A stretch of DNA of 64,000 nt from Calditrichales bacterium (GTDB lineage Bacteria > Calditrichota > Calditrichia > Calditrichales > J004). The notes beneath the pieces are model-generated. The model worked only from the letters and a program-made list of their open reading frames with translations. It made no database searches and was not told the DNA's origin. Shown here piece after piece: positions 1 to 9,450 of this stretch. A program made the position numbers and the translations under genes. The stretch is from the NCBI GenBank assembly GCA_965267575.1, contig OZ254086.1:4320001-4384000 (forward strand). The letters run 5' to 3'. Every line of letters starts with the position of its first letter. The first letter of the stretch is position 1.

Positions 1-580
1 GTTCGGCACCGTTCAGCGTGGTGGCGGAATAGCGCTCACCCAGTCCGCGGATGTAAACATATTTTCCGCCCACAACCGAAGCTCCGGTTACCTTTTTCAT
101 TGCCGCCGCGGCATCACCGCTGCCGGATTTTGAAATCTCTTCAGCACTGATGGCGTCGCTTACCGAAGCGGCTTTTTGCCGCAAACCAAGCAAAGCGCCT
201 TCCGTATTCTGAAGCGCTTTGGCCTGCACGGTCACGGTTTCCGTCTGTAATACTTCGGACTGAACGGTGACGTCAAGCTTCGTGGTTTCGCCGGCCTTAA
301 CTTCCACATTCTGGATGCGCATCTCGGCATAACCGATCATGGCGACAACCAGTTCGTAGCTGCCAACCGGCACATTCAGAATAACATAGTTGCCGTCCAT
401 ATCGGTAGCCGCGCCGAATGTTGTACCTTCCAGGTAAACGTTGGCGCCGATCATCGATTCGCCGCTCTGGCCGTCAATGACGTTACCGGCAATACGTCCG
501 GTTTCCTGTGCAAATAAAAAGCTGCCCAATAGCAGCAGGCTTAATAAAGTGGTCCTTACTCCACTTAGCATTGTATTCAT
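1..580 (-). CDS. TonB-dependent receptor, N-terminal part (signal peptide, carboxypeptidase-regulatory-like domain, start of plug); runs off the window edge
   Basis: Own translation from ATG 580 with GGAG upstream: MNTMLSGVRTTLLSLLLLGSFLFAQETGRIAGNVIDGQSGESMIGANVYLEGTTFGAATDMDGNY...SAEEISKSGSGDAAAAMKKVTGASVVGGKYVYIRGLGERYS; not in the ORF track because it has no stop inside the window. Confidence 0.9.
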   Translation of the reverse strand, partial: MNTMLSGVRTTLLSLLLLGSFLFAQETGRIAGNVIDGQSGESMIGANVYLEGTTFGAATDMDGNYVILNVPVGSYELVVAMIGYAEMRIQNVEVKAGETTKLDVTVQSEVLQTETVTVQAKALQNTEGALLGLRQKAASVSDAISAEEISKSGSGDAAAAMKKVTGASVVGGKYVYIRGLGERYSATTLNGAE

Positions 581-645
581 TTGATTCTCCCTCAAAAGAA
601 TTTGATTCATATTCTGGTTTAGGCTCGTTGTCTTCCTTAGCTGAT

Positions 646-689
646 AATGTAAGGCGGGGTTTGTTAGGCGAATGTTAAGTGATAATTAA
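646..689 (-). promoter_or_regulatory. Putative Pho-box-like direct repeats plus -10 element upstream of the TonB receptor
   Basis: Minus strand TTAATT-N5-TTAACA-N5-CTAACA (11-bp period; plus-strand starts 684, 673, 662) followed by TACATT; 17/23 identical to 2070-2092. Confidence 0.5.
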
Positions 690-892
690 TTTTCTCTTAG
701 AGGCGTGTTACGCCGCGCTAACCGAAAGGCGGCAATCGCAGGCATGGCGGGCGCTAAGGCGGGATTATATCTTTCTGATAACAACACGCAGCAGAAATCG
801 CTCTGCTGCCCAAAAAAGGCTTCGCATAAACAATGTAAACCACGAAGACCAATCCATGTTTTTTACCGGAAACAATGGATTTTGTACCTGCT

Positions 893-2041
893 TCATGATC
901 TGCCCTCCCGCACCAGCGGCATCAGTTGAGAGTCTCGCAAAAGCTTAAAGCGGTTACCACGCCAATCGACGGTTGTATCGAAAAGCGGCACAAACCAGAG
1001 CAAACCGATTAATAGATCTTTGGGAACTGTCCAGAGCATATGGTACCAACGCAGGTCGCTGTCGATTAAACGCGCGGCCATTCCGTCAATTAACATTTTG
1101 GCCACAGCCGTTGCGGCAAAGAATAGCACTCCGGCCGTGCTGAAAGAAACGACGGCCGCCAGAAAAGCGGCGGATACCGGATTGGAGCAGGACTCAACTA
1201 CATAATGCAGCGGATTGATCGTTCGGCGCATTTTGGCCCAGCGGCTATGGCGATTCATGAAGCGGTCAAAGGCCCACTTTTCGTTGATCGTATCCAGGAT
1301 AAGCGGGGTCGCTTCCACCTTAAGGCCCAATCCACGTATTTTCCGCGCCAGCATATAATCTTCCGCCAGATAGCTGCGCAAAGCGAAAAAACCACCCAGG
1401 CGATCCAACGTTTCTTTTTTCAGAACCATACACTTGCCGATGGCCAGCGTGATGCCAAACAGCTTATTTACCGCAAACACATTGGGCATCAAGAAGGCAT
1501 TCAGGTGCAGATTCTCAAATACCGAGGCAATGTTTTTTGCCCCGCTGCCGCGGATCGTCGCCGTCACCAGCCCCATGCCCGGCTGCATCATGTGGTCCAT
1601 CAGCCGCTGCAACATGTCCGGACGTACGCTGGTATTGCTGTCACTTATCATAATGTAATCGTGACGCGCAAATGCATACATGTTTTGCAGATTGTTCACC
1701 TTAGGATTGTAAAGGCTTTCGTTTTTCCCGAAAACTAGGCGCGTTGGAACCGCGGGAAATTCTTCACACAAATTCCTGACTACCGCGACAGCCGGATCGG
1801 ACGCGTCACTCACCCCAAACAGTAATTCATATTTCGGATAGCTTAACTCAAAAAAGGAACGCAAGTTTTCTTCCAGCCGGTCATCCAGGCCTTTCAAGGG
1901 TTTCAGAATGGATACACCGGGGTATTGTTCAGCCTGCGGTAAAGCCTTTTGAGCAAGCCGCTGCCGGGCAATCACCAACGAAACCAGGCTGTAAAGCAAA
2001 CCGCCAACAGCCACCAGCGCGAAAAGATAAAAGAGATTCAT
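893..2041 (-). CDS. GT21 glycosyltransferase (ceramide glucosyltransferase / HpnI-like)
   Basis: N-terminal TM, SILKPLKG, NPKVNNL, ISDSN, LAEDY, RHSRW (QxxRW equivalent), C-terminal WRG. Confidence 0.85.
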   Translation of the reverse strand: MNLFYLFALVAVGGLLYSLVSLVIARQRLAQKALPQAEQYPGVSILKPLKGLDDRLEENLRSFFELSYPKYELLFGVSDASDPAVAVVRNLCEEFPAVPTRLVFGKNESLYNPKVNNLQNMYAFARHDYIMISDSNTSVRPDMLQRLMDHMMQPGMGLVTATIRGSGAKNIASVFENLHLNAFLMPNVFAVNKLFGITLAIGKCMVLKKETLDRLGGFFALRSYLAEDYMLARKIRGLGLKVEATPLILDTINEKWAFDRFMNRHSRWAKMRRTINPLHYVVESCSNPVSAAFLAAVVSFSTAGVLFFAATAVAKMLIDGMAARLIDSDLRWYHMLWTVPKDLLIGLLWFVPLFDTTVDWRGNRFKLLRDSQLMPLVREGRS

Positions 2042-2069
2042 TTTTCTCCATTATAGATTTTTACGCTGG

Positions 2070-2113
2070 AATATTAGCTGTGGATTGTTAGGAATTGATT
2101 GGGCGACTGTTGT
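2070..2113 (-). promoter_or_regulatory. Putative Pho-box-like direct repeats plus -10 element upstream of the glycosyltransferase
   Basis: Minus strand ACAACA-N5-CCAATC-N5-CTAACA (11-bp period) then TAATATT at the same spacing as at 646-689. Confidence 0.45.
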
Positions 2114-2145
2114 TTATTTATTGGGAAAAGGTATTGCCGCCTGCT

Positions 2146-2973
2146 TCAGCGGGTGGGCCACAGCGGGATATAACCCACCTGGCGCACAATGGCCTGCCCG
2201 GCGGGACTTATTATCCAGTTGATAAAATCACGGATATGGGCGGGTGGCGTATCAACGGTATAAAGATAAAGGTAGCGTGAAAGCGGGTAGCTGTCGTTAA
2301 GTACGTTTTCTTCGGTTGCCTCAATGCCGTTCAACGCCGGATGAATAAGCGAATCACCAAAGGCGATGCCGCCATAACCGATGGCACCGGGATGCCCTTC
2401 CACATATCTGATCACATCCAGGCTACTGGCCACGCGGACGGCGTTGGGGCCATATTCGGCGCCTTCCAGCACATAAGAACGGAAGTAGTTGTTGGAACCG
2501 GATCCGGGCGGGCGCACAACAGGGATAACAGGACGCGCTTCACCATTCAGGCTTTTCCAGTTGGTAATCTGCCCGCTAAAAATATCCACAAGCTGGCGCA
2601 TGGTGAGATTGCGAAGCGGGTTGGTAGGATGCAGATACACGCTTAGCGCGTCTTTAGCCACCAGGTAAGAGATCCCGATGCTGCGGTAACGCGCTGCCAT
2701 CTGGCTGGCTTCCTGCGGCCGGATCAGGCGGGAGGTCATGGCAATATCGGCTTCGCCTTCAATAAGCGCGCGCAGCCCTTCCCCGCTGTTGGAATCCTCA
2801 ATATAAACGGCCACATCGGGCCGCAGCGTCATATAGCCTTCCGCCCAGTATTGCGCCACATAAGAAACCGTTGTACTGCCGCTCAGTCTAATCTGTTTTG
2901 TCTGAACAGCCGGTTTTTGGCTGCAACCGTTCGCCAGGATCAGGACAATCAGAAATAACAGGATTGTTTTCAT
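2146..2973 (-). CDS. pstS: PstS-family phosphate-binding lipoprotein
   Basis: Start MKTILL at 2973 overlaps the upstream stop (ATGA); lipobox ANGC; SGSTTV, SGEG, DIAMTSR, RPPGSGS, YPLSRYLYLY. Confidence 0.85.
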   Translation of the reverse strand: MKTILLFLIVLILANGCSQKPAVQTKQIRLSGSTTVSYVAQYWAEGYMTLRPDVAVYIEDSNSGEGLRALIEGEADIAMTSRLIRPQEASQMAARYRSIGISYLVAKDALSVYLHPTNPLRNLTMRQLVDIFSGQITNWKSLNGEARPVIPVVRPPGSGSNNYFRSYVLEGAEYGPNAVRVASSLDVIRYVEGHPGAIGYGGIAFGDSLIHPALNGIEATEENVLNDSYPLSRYLYLYTVDTPPAHIRDFINWIISPAGQAIVRQVGYIPLWPTR

Positions 2974-4598
2974 CTTCTTTCCGCCCGGTTTCGCAGCCAG
3001 GTATTTTTGTAAGGGATGCCAGGCTGCCATTGCGGCTCATCTTGCATGTTGGCCAGGCGGTTGGCCAGGGCGAACAGAAAATCAGCATAACGCTCGGAAG
3101 AGGCCCAGTTGATCGGCTGGCCAAGATCATCGGACGGCGAGTGATAGATATTTTCAAACCAGTCCAGCAGCCGGCTTTGCGCCTCCTCAGGGCTCAGATT
3201 ATCGTAGCGAAAGCCTTCAAGGATCGCCACCGAGGGCACACCGGCCAGTGCCAGCGCCACCTGGTCGGAGCGGTAAAAAGATTCCTTTTTCAGCAGCGGT
3301 TCGGGGATCTCCGAAACAGCCAGTCCGTTTTCCGCGGCCACCTCCAGCACAGTCCCGCCCAAAGAAGAGAGCTCGCCGCCCACCGCGATGACATCTTTAA
3401 ACATGCCCAGGGCCGCCAGCCCGTCTATATTTATATTGGCGATCGTTTTGTGCAAAGGACGCACGTTGTTTTCGGTATAAAAGCGCGATCCCAGCAGGCC
3501 TTTTTCCTCGCCGGTCCAGAAAGCAAAAATGATTGATCTCCGTGGTTTGTAGCCGCTCTGAGCAAAAGCACGGGCCATCTCCAAAAGCACCGCGCAGCCA
3601 ATGGCGTTGTCCATCACACCATTATAGATTGAATCGCCTTCCACGGCCTTGCCGATTCCCAGGTGGTCATAATGGGCGGAAAGCAGCAGATAGCTGTCGC
3701 GCAACGCCGGATCGCTACCGGGCAACAGGGCCAGGATATTTTGAGAGGTAAAATCGCGCCGCTTAAACTTGCCGCGGAAAGTAAGATGGGCCTCGAGTTC
3801 GAAGGTTTGCAGCGCGTGGTTTCGTTCCTGCCGGACAAGTTCTTCAAGGCTGAAGGGAGTGTCTTTAAAAAGCCAGCGGCTGGCTTCCTCGCTGAGAAAT
3901 AATGCCAGATGGCTGGTCACACGGCCGGGAAGCGTTATCTCCTCGCTCATGTAATCGCGCTGCAGTTTTGGCCACTCTTCCGTAAAATCCGGGTTGGGAA
4001 TAATGATACTGCCAACGGCACCCTGCGCCAGCGCCGTTCTGATCTTCGATTCGGCGCCGCTGTAGACGGTTCTGCCGGCACCTTCAAAATAACTGTCGTC
4101 ACTTTCACTGTGTGGCTCACCATCGAAAAAGGCCACCATCTTGCCGCTTACATCCAGGTTCAGGTAATCGTCGTAATCGTACTCCGGGGCGATTATGCCG
4201 TAGCCGACGAACACGATCTGCGTGGGCTCGGGAATCAAGGTTTGGGCGCCGGTTTTAATAAGCAGGTATTCGTCATTAAGCTTAAGGCCGTGCCGGGTTT
4301 CGCCCTTTTTTATAATCAGTTCCGATTGCTGCAAGGGCGTAGTTCCATGCAACGGGACAGGCTGGAAAAACGTATTGTTAATGCCCAAAGGCTTAAGGCC
4401 CCATTCCTTCAGGTGTCCGGTTATGTAGCCGGCAGCCTTCTTAAGACCTTCCGATCCGGTGCCCCTGCCCTCCATGCTGTCACTGCCAAGGGTACGCACA
4501 TGCTTTTCCAGGGACGACGCCGAAATGAGCACCACGCCATCCTGTGCCGGAAGAACGGCAAGCGGCAAAAAAGCGATCAATATAAAAAGTCTATTCAT
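2970..4598 (-). CDS. M28 family metallopeptidase with PA domain, secreted
   Basis: Signal peptide MNRLFILIAFLPLAVLPA from ATG 4598; MEGRGTG, VFVGYGI, SAHYDHLG, NGVMDNAIG, GEEKGLLGS, RSDQ, YHSPSDD. Confidence 0.9.
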   Translation of the reverse strand: MNRLFILIAFLPLAVLPAQDGVVLISASSLEKHVRTLGSDSMEGRGTGSEGLKKAAGYITGHLKEWGLKPLGINNTFFQPVPLHGTTPLQQSELIIKKGETRHGLKLNDEYLLIKTGAQTLIPEPTQIVFVGYGIIAPEYDYDDYLNLDVSGKMVAFFDGEPHSESDDSYFEGAGRTVYSGAESKIRTALAQGAVGSIIIPNPDFTEEWPKLQRDYMSEEITLPGRVTSHLALFLSEEASRWLFKDTPFSLEELVRQERNHALQTFELEAHLTFRGKFKRRDFTSQNILALLPGSDPALRDSYLLLSAHYDHLGIGKAVEGDSIYNGVMDNAIGCAVLLEMARAFAQSGYKPRRSIIFAFWTGEEKGLLGSRFYTENNVRPLHKTIANINIDGLAALGMFKDVIAVGGELSSLGGTVLEVAAENGLAVSEIPEPLLKKESFYRSDQVALALAGVPSVAILEGFRYDNLSPEEAQSRLLDWFENIYHSPSDDLGQPINWASSERYADFLFALANRLANMQDEPQWQPGIPYKNTWLRNRAERR

Positions 4599-5496
4599 AG
4601 CTGATAATCTGGTTACGCGAAAGAAATTGTCCATCAAAGAAAAGCGCGACAGGCTGTCCCTCCAGCACTCCGGCGTCATCGCCACCGCGGGCAGCATGGA
4701 TATGTAGATGAGGCTGGCTTGCCCGGCCGCTTTGCCCCACTAAACCCACGACCGTATTGGTTGTAACGCTGTCACCGGCAGCTACTTTTATGCTGCCTAT
4801 TTTAAAATGGGCCATAATGATTCTGATGTCGCTTTTCCTTGCCGGACGAATAATAATATGATTGCCCGCCATATCATTTGCTTCCAGCGCTGTAACACCA
4901 TCCGGTATTCCATCGCGGGCCTTCAGTACCACGCCGTCACATGGACTGTACACCGTATCTGCAAATATAACAAATTCCGTCAATTTTTCCGGCACTAAAG
5001 CGTTGGCGCGGTTTCCAAAGCTATTTAAGCTGACGATATCCAGGGCCAGGTCGTTGGCTGCGCTGAAATCCGCACGATGGCCGTTGAGCCATACACTGTT
5101 GCCGCCTCCGCCGATGTAATAGGAACCATGGCGCAGGGGAAACGTCACATCCACACCCGGCGCAGACGGTGGCATTGTGCCGCGGACCGCACTCAAAACG
5201 AGCCATAACCCGGCAACGATCAAAATACCATTGGTTGCCGCGGACATTTTGTTTAGGGGCGCTGAAGAACGACGGCTTCGCCGGTAACCCGCAATTGCGG
5301 CCACAAGCAGCGCGACAATCCAAACATAGCGCAGCCAGACGCTGGTTATATCCCAACGTGCCGTCAGAAGCAGAAACCACATAACAAGCGAAAAAAGCAG
5401 CGTTTGCAATAACCACTCTGTCCGGTTGCGGCTGCGCGCCACGGCAAAAACGGCAAACAGCGGCAGACCGATTTGCAGGAAAAGTTGCAGCAGCAT
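4591..5496 (-). CDS. Membrane-anchored M23 family peptidase
   Basis: About four N-terminal TM segments; VYSPCDGVV, GNHIII, AHF, VGQSGRASQPHLHIH. Confidence 0.85.
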   Translation of the reverse strand: MLLQLFLQIGLPLFAVFAVARSRNRTEWLLQTLLFSLVMWFLLLTARWDITSVWLRYVWIVALLVAAIAGYRRSRRSSAPLNKMSAATNGILIVAGLWLVLSAVRGTMPPSAPGVDVTFPLRHGSYYIGGGGNSVWLNGHRADFSAANDLALDIVSLNSFGNRANALVPEKLTEFVIFADTVYSPCDGVVLKARDGIPDGVTALEANDMAGNHIIIRPARKSDIRIIMAHFKIGSIKVAAGDSVTTNTVVGLVGQSGRASQPHLHIHAARGGDDAGVLEGQPVALFFDGQFLSRNQIISYE

Positions 5497-6747
5497 CTAC
5501 CAGCGGCGCGGCGCGTCTTTTATCACCCGCACGGTGTCACGGGCAATCAGCAGCTCTTCGTTTGTCGGGAAGACGTACGCTTTCAGCTTGCTGTCTTCCG
5601 TGGAGATCATTCCGCTCTTGCGATCTTTGATAGCGCGGTTTTTCTTTTTGTCCAGAACCAACCCGATGCCATCCAGGCCGCGGCAGATATTTTCACGCAC
5701 TGACGGCGCGTTTTCCCCGATACCGCCGGTAAAAACAACGGCCTCGGCCTTCCCTCCCATTTCCGCGAAATAGGCGCCGATATATTTACGCACGCGCAGG
5801 CTGAAAATATCAATGGCCAGCTTGGCGCGACGGTCCTGATGTTCGGCTTCCTCTTCCACCAGCTCGCGCATATCGTTGGTCAAACCCGAGATGCCCAGCA
5901 AACCGGAGCGCTTGTTAAGCAGATGGTCCATCTCGGCAAAAGTAAGACCTTCCTTGTGATAGAGAAATTCCAGAATTGAGGGATCAATATCTCCGGAACG
6001 CGTGCCCATTACCAGGCCTTCCAGCGGCGTAAAGCCCATCGATGTATCTATCGATGCGCCGTTCAGAATGGCACAGGCCGAACAGCCATTACCGAGGTGA
6101 ATGGAAATGATATTTACCTGCTCACGCTCCAGTTTGAATTCCTGGCGGTAGCGGAACGCGATATAGCGGTGCGAGGTGCCATGAAATCCATAACGGCGGA
6201 TTTTATAGCGGCGGTAAATCTGGTACGGTAATCCGTAGAGATACGCCGCCTCCGGCATTGTCGAATGAAAAGCCGTGTCAAAAACAGCCACCTGCGGCAT
6301 GGTTTCACCCAAAAGTTCTGTAACCGCCCTGATTCCTTTTATATTGGCCGGATTGTGCAACGGCGCGAGCTCAATGCAATCCTCAATGCCACTGATAATT
6401 TCGGGACTTATTTTCGCGGAACGATTGAATTTTTCCCCGCCGTGTACAACGCGGTGGCCCACGGCATGTATGTCGCTGAGCGAAGTGATTTTATCGATCT
6501 TAGAGTCCGGGCTTATCACCCAGCGCAGAATCATGTCAATGGCGCCGCGATGGTCACGCAGCGGCGCATCCATACGCACCTTGGGCTGGCCCGAAGCCTC
6601 AAATGTAATCAGAGAATGGCTGCCGATACGCTCCAGCACACCCCGCGCCAACAGGCGATCGGCGTTTTTTTCTATCATGTCAAGGTCGGTTTCTATGATC
6701 TGGAATTTCACAGAAGAGGAGCCGCAATTGAGAACCAAAACATTCAT
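5497..6747 (-). CDS. ackA: Acetate kinase
   Basis: LVLNCGSSSVKF, GHRVVHGG, APLHNP, VAVFDTAFH, YGFHGTSH, HLGNG, FTGGIGEN, TNEEL. Confidence 0.97.
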   Translation of the reverse strand: MNVLVLNCGSSSVKFQIIETDLDMIEKNADRLLARGVLERIGSHSLITFEASGQPKVRMDAPLRDHRGAIDMILRWVISPDSKIDKITSLSDIHAVGHRVVHGGEKFNRSAKISPEIISGIEDCIELAPLHNPANIKGIRAVTELLGETMPQVAVFDTAFHSTMPEAAYLYGLPYQIYRRYKIRRYGFHGTSHRYIAFRYRQEFKLEREQVNIISIHLGNGCSACAILNGASIDTSMGFTPLEGLVMGTRSGDIDPSILEFLYHKEGLTFAEMDHLLNKRSGLLGISGLTNDMRELVEEEAEHQDRRAKLAIDIFSLRVRKYIGAYFAEMGGKAEAVVFTGGIGENAPSVRENICRGLDGIGLVLDKKKNRAIKDRKSGMISTEDSKLKAYVFPTNEELLIARDTVRVIKDAPRRW

Positions 6748-6886
6748 TTTAAAGCATCCTTTGTTTTATGATTTTCGGTATTACCGTGATCGGTAAATTT
6801 ACGAAATTGTTCACAAAGGGAGAAAGAAAATCGCAAATTAAAAAGGGAATTCGAGATCGAAATACTGGTGGCGGAAGGCCTGAATG

Positions 6887-6916
6887 AAAAAAGGCAGGAA
6901 CAGCGCCCTGCCCTTC
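6887..6916 (-). terminator. Intrinsic terminator downstream of the thioredoxin/TPR gene
   Basis: Minus strand GAAGGGCAGGG-CGCTG-TTCCTGCCTTTTTT. Confidence 0.65.
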
Positions 6917-6985
6917 AGAAATATTTACAAACGGGAACAGGCACCCAAATATTTAGCCCTAAAACACTCTAACAGATTGATACGA

Positions 6986-7801
6986 TCAAACGTAAAGCGA
7001 ACGGCTAAACCGGGTCCTGTATTCGCGCGTGAGCTGCTTGTCTTCCCCGAGGTATTTAAACAGGGCAACACAGGCTTTGCGCGCGCCGTCATCATCATAG
7101 TAGCGGTTTTTGCGGATTACATCGATAAAGCTTTGCAGCGCTTTTTCAAATTCGCCTTCCTTAACGGCCTGTAATCCCTTAATGTAGACCTCTTTACCGG
7201 CTTCATCGGGAAGACTCTCCGGCTCGTTTACTTTTTGCAACAGGTCGCTTAAATCTTTCAGCGACTGTCCTTTCTCCATCAACTCCGGTGGGAAATCAAA
7301 GCGATACAGCAGTTTCGCCGTGGCTTCGGGATCTCTAAACAAAAGCATGTCGGCCAGCATCAAACGGGCCCGGGCATTGCCCGGCTCTTTTTCGATTACA
7401 CCGCGCAATATATTCTCTGCTTCCGGTTCGTTGCCGGCAGCCAGAAACTGCTCGGCCCGGGTTAAGTCTTCGTTGTTGGGTGAAGGCAGCGTTTTATCGA
7501 GCCATTGCTCTATCGCATGCTCCGGCAGAGCGCCGGTAAATTCATCCACGACCTGCCCGTTTACAAAAAGCTTCACGTTGGGAATACCCTGAACGCGATA
7601 CTGCATGGCCACCTGCGGATGCTGTTCAGTGTTTATTTTCACCAGGCGGAAGCGTTCTTTGTTCTTTTCGGCCACCCTTTCAAGGACGGGTCCCAGTACT
7701 TTGCAGGGGCCGCACCATTCCGCCCAGAAATCCACCAGCACGGGCATATTTTTGCTTTGCTCGATGACATCTTTCTCAAAATTCATGCTGTCATAAACCA
7801 C
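6986..7801 (-). CDS. Thioredoxin-TPR chaperedoxin (CnoX/YbbN-like)
   Basis: DFWAEWCGPCK thioredoxin domain plus helical C-terminus ending DDGARKACVALF...YRTRFSRSLY; GTG start with AAGGAG RBS. Confidence 0.88.
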   Translation of the reverse strand: MVYDSMNFEKDVIEQSKNMPVLVDFWAEWCGPCKVLGPVLERVAEKNKERFRLVKINTEQHPQVAMQYRVQGIPNVKLFVNGQVVDEFTGALPEHAIEQWLDKTLPSPNNEDLTRAEQFLAAGNEPEAENILRGVIEKEPGNARARLMLADMLLFRDPEATAKLLYRFDFPPELMEKGQSLKDLSDLLQKVNEPESLPDEAGKEVYIKGLQAVKEGEFEKALQSFIDVIRKNRYYDDDGARKACVALFKYLGEDKQLTREYRTRFSRSLYV

Positions 7802-7861
7802 GTTATACTCCTTTCAATATCTCATTCCAGTCAAATAATAGATACACTGGCCGCTATTTCG

Positions 7862-8626
7862 TTACATCGTTTTTATCGGCCAAAGCCGGGTCAGCGCTTC
7901 GCTGGCCTTATGCCGTACAACATAATCAAACAAACCGGAAATATCTGTTTTCTTAGGATTGATTTCTACCGTGATCGTATCCGTGTGGCGCGCCCGGTAT
8001 ACCGGTTCGGCGATATAGGGAAACAGCCCGCTTGTGCCCACGCAAAAGATCATGTCCGGCTCGGTGCTGCGCAGATAATCAAAAGCACTGATCGCATCAT
8101 ACGGCAGCATTTCGCCAAATAGAACCACGTCCGGACGGATGACGCCCTCGCAGGAGTGGCATTTTGGCGGCAGTTGCGGTTTTCCTTCGAAATCGTTCAA
8201 CAGTTCGTGGGCATTGTAGCGTTCGCCACAGGCTACGCAAAACAGATCAAAAGCATGGCCGTGTATTTCGATAAGATTTTTGCTGCCCGCGGCACGATGC
8301 AATCCATCCACATTTTGCGTCAGCACCAATACGTTCTCCTTGCGGGTTTCAATGTCAGCGATGATTCTGTGCGCCTCATTTGGCTCCGCTCCCACGCAGG
8401 CTTTACCCACCTGCCACAGATATTTCCAGCTAAGCCCGGGATTTTGCTCAAATGTTATTCCGCTCAAAGCCTCCTCGATATCCATGCCATCGGCTGTTTT
8501 TTTGCCTTCGTACAGACCGCCCACGCCACGGTACGTCGGCAACCCCGATTCGGCGGAGACACCCGCGCCGGTCATAAAAACAATATTTTCGGCTTGCTCC
8601 AGCAGCGCCCGGATTTCATCCATCAT
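7862..8626 (-). CDS. cobB: NAD-dependent protein deacylase (sirtuin)
   Basis: TGAGVSAESG, TQNVDGLH, EIHG, CxxC...CxxC, RPDVVLFGE, GTSG, EINP. Confidence 0.9.
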   Translation of the reverse strand: MMDEIRALLEQAENIVFMTGAGVSAESGLPTYRGVGGLYEGKKTADGMDIEEALSGITFEQNPGLSWKYLWQVGKACVGAEPNEAHRIIADIETRKENVLVLTQNVDGLHRAAGSKNLIEIHGHAFDLFCVACGERYNAHELLNDFEGKPQLPPKCHSCEGVIRPDVVLFGEMLPYDAISAFDYLRSTEPDMIFCVGTSGLFPYIAEPVYRARHTDTITVEINPKKTDISGLFDYVVRHKASEALTRLWPIKTM

Positions 8627-9450
8627 CGTGGTTCGTCCTCTCTTACTGCAACGATTGTGATCATCGGCGGGGTAAATAAAAAGGCAGCGGGGTTGGCGGC
8701 CGTTTCATCAAGCGCCACAACAATCTCACGCCATTCCTGTTCGTTAAAGCGTCCCTTGCTGAGCATCAGCGGGCCGTAGGTTTTGCTGAACAGGTAAAAC
8801 CATTTCCAGGTCTGCTCGCCGCCTCGCGCCACACGCTGCAGCGGATGCAGCTTTTCAACGCGAAAGCCGTTTTCCGTCAACATGCGCGGCAGGTATCCGC
8901 CGATGTCATAGCCAAAACCTTCTTCGGCGGCGCTGTCATAAAAATGACCGAGCAGCTTTTCCAGGGCCGGGCGACTCGGAAAGACCCGCGCGGCGCGGTA
9001 GTTAAAATAGTCCCAAACAAGCAATTTAGCGCCCGGTTTGAGCAGCCGTCCGGCTTCCTTCAGAACCTCTTCCGGCTTTTCCATAAAACACAGAAGCCAG
9101 CGGATAAAGCAAATATCGGCCACGCCCCCGTCCAACGGCACCTTCCGCGCATCGGCCTTAACAGCTTCAATTTGGGGCAGCCCGTTTGCCGACACGTTGG
9201 CCCGCACGTGGTCGAGATATTTGTCCGAATTATCCACGGCGTAAACGCGCCCATTAAGACCTGCACGCTGTGCCAGGTCAAAACTGGCAAAGCCCGGACC
9301 GCAACCGATATCGATGACAGTCATACCTTTTTTAACAGGCGCGCTGTCCAGCAGGCGGTCCGTTTCGCCCTGCCAGACCTGGTGCTGAAAGCCCAGTCTT
9401 TTCAGCTCTTCATCAGACGTACCGAGAATGTATCGGTTTTCTTTTTTCAT
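8623..9450 (-). CDS. Class I SAM-dependent methyltransferase
   Basis: IDIGCGPG, VYAVD, LKPGAKL; ATG 9450 overlaps the GH1 stop (ATGA). Confidence 0.9.
   Translation of the reverse strand: MKKENRYILGTSDEELKRLGFQHQVWQGETDRLLDSAPVKKGMTVIDIGCGPGFASFDLAQRAGLNGRVYAVDNSDKYLDHVRANVSANGLPQIEAVKADARKVPLDGGVADICFIRWLLCFMEKPEEVLKEAGRLLKPGAKLLVWDYFNYRAARVFPSRPALEKLLGHFYDSAAEEGFGYDIGGYLPRMLTENGFRVEKLHPLQRVARGGEQTWKWFYLFSKTYGPLMLSKGRFNEQEWREIVVALDETAANPAAFLFTPPMITIVAVREDEPR

Noticed and set aside
679..948. Short plus-strand ORFs and a CCGAAAGG hairpin suggesting a riboswitch
   Set aside because: The ORFs lack an RBS and motifs and overlap promoter or gene ends; the hairpin is on the strand opposite the flanking genes and lacks the rest of a c-di-GMP aptamer
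7862..8626. Sirtuin as an anti-phage SIR2 effector
   Set aside because: It has the zinc-binding CxxC pairs and size of a housekeeping deacylase, and no defence partners are adjacent
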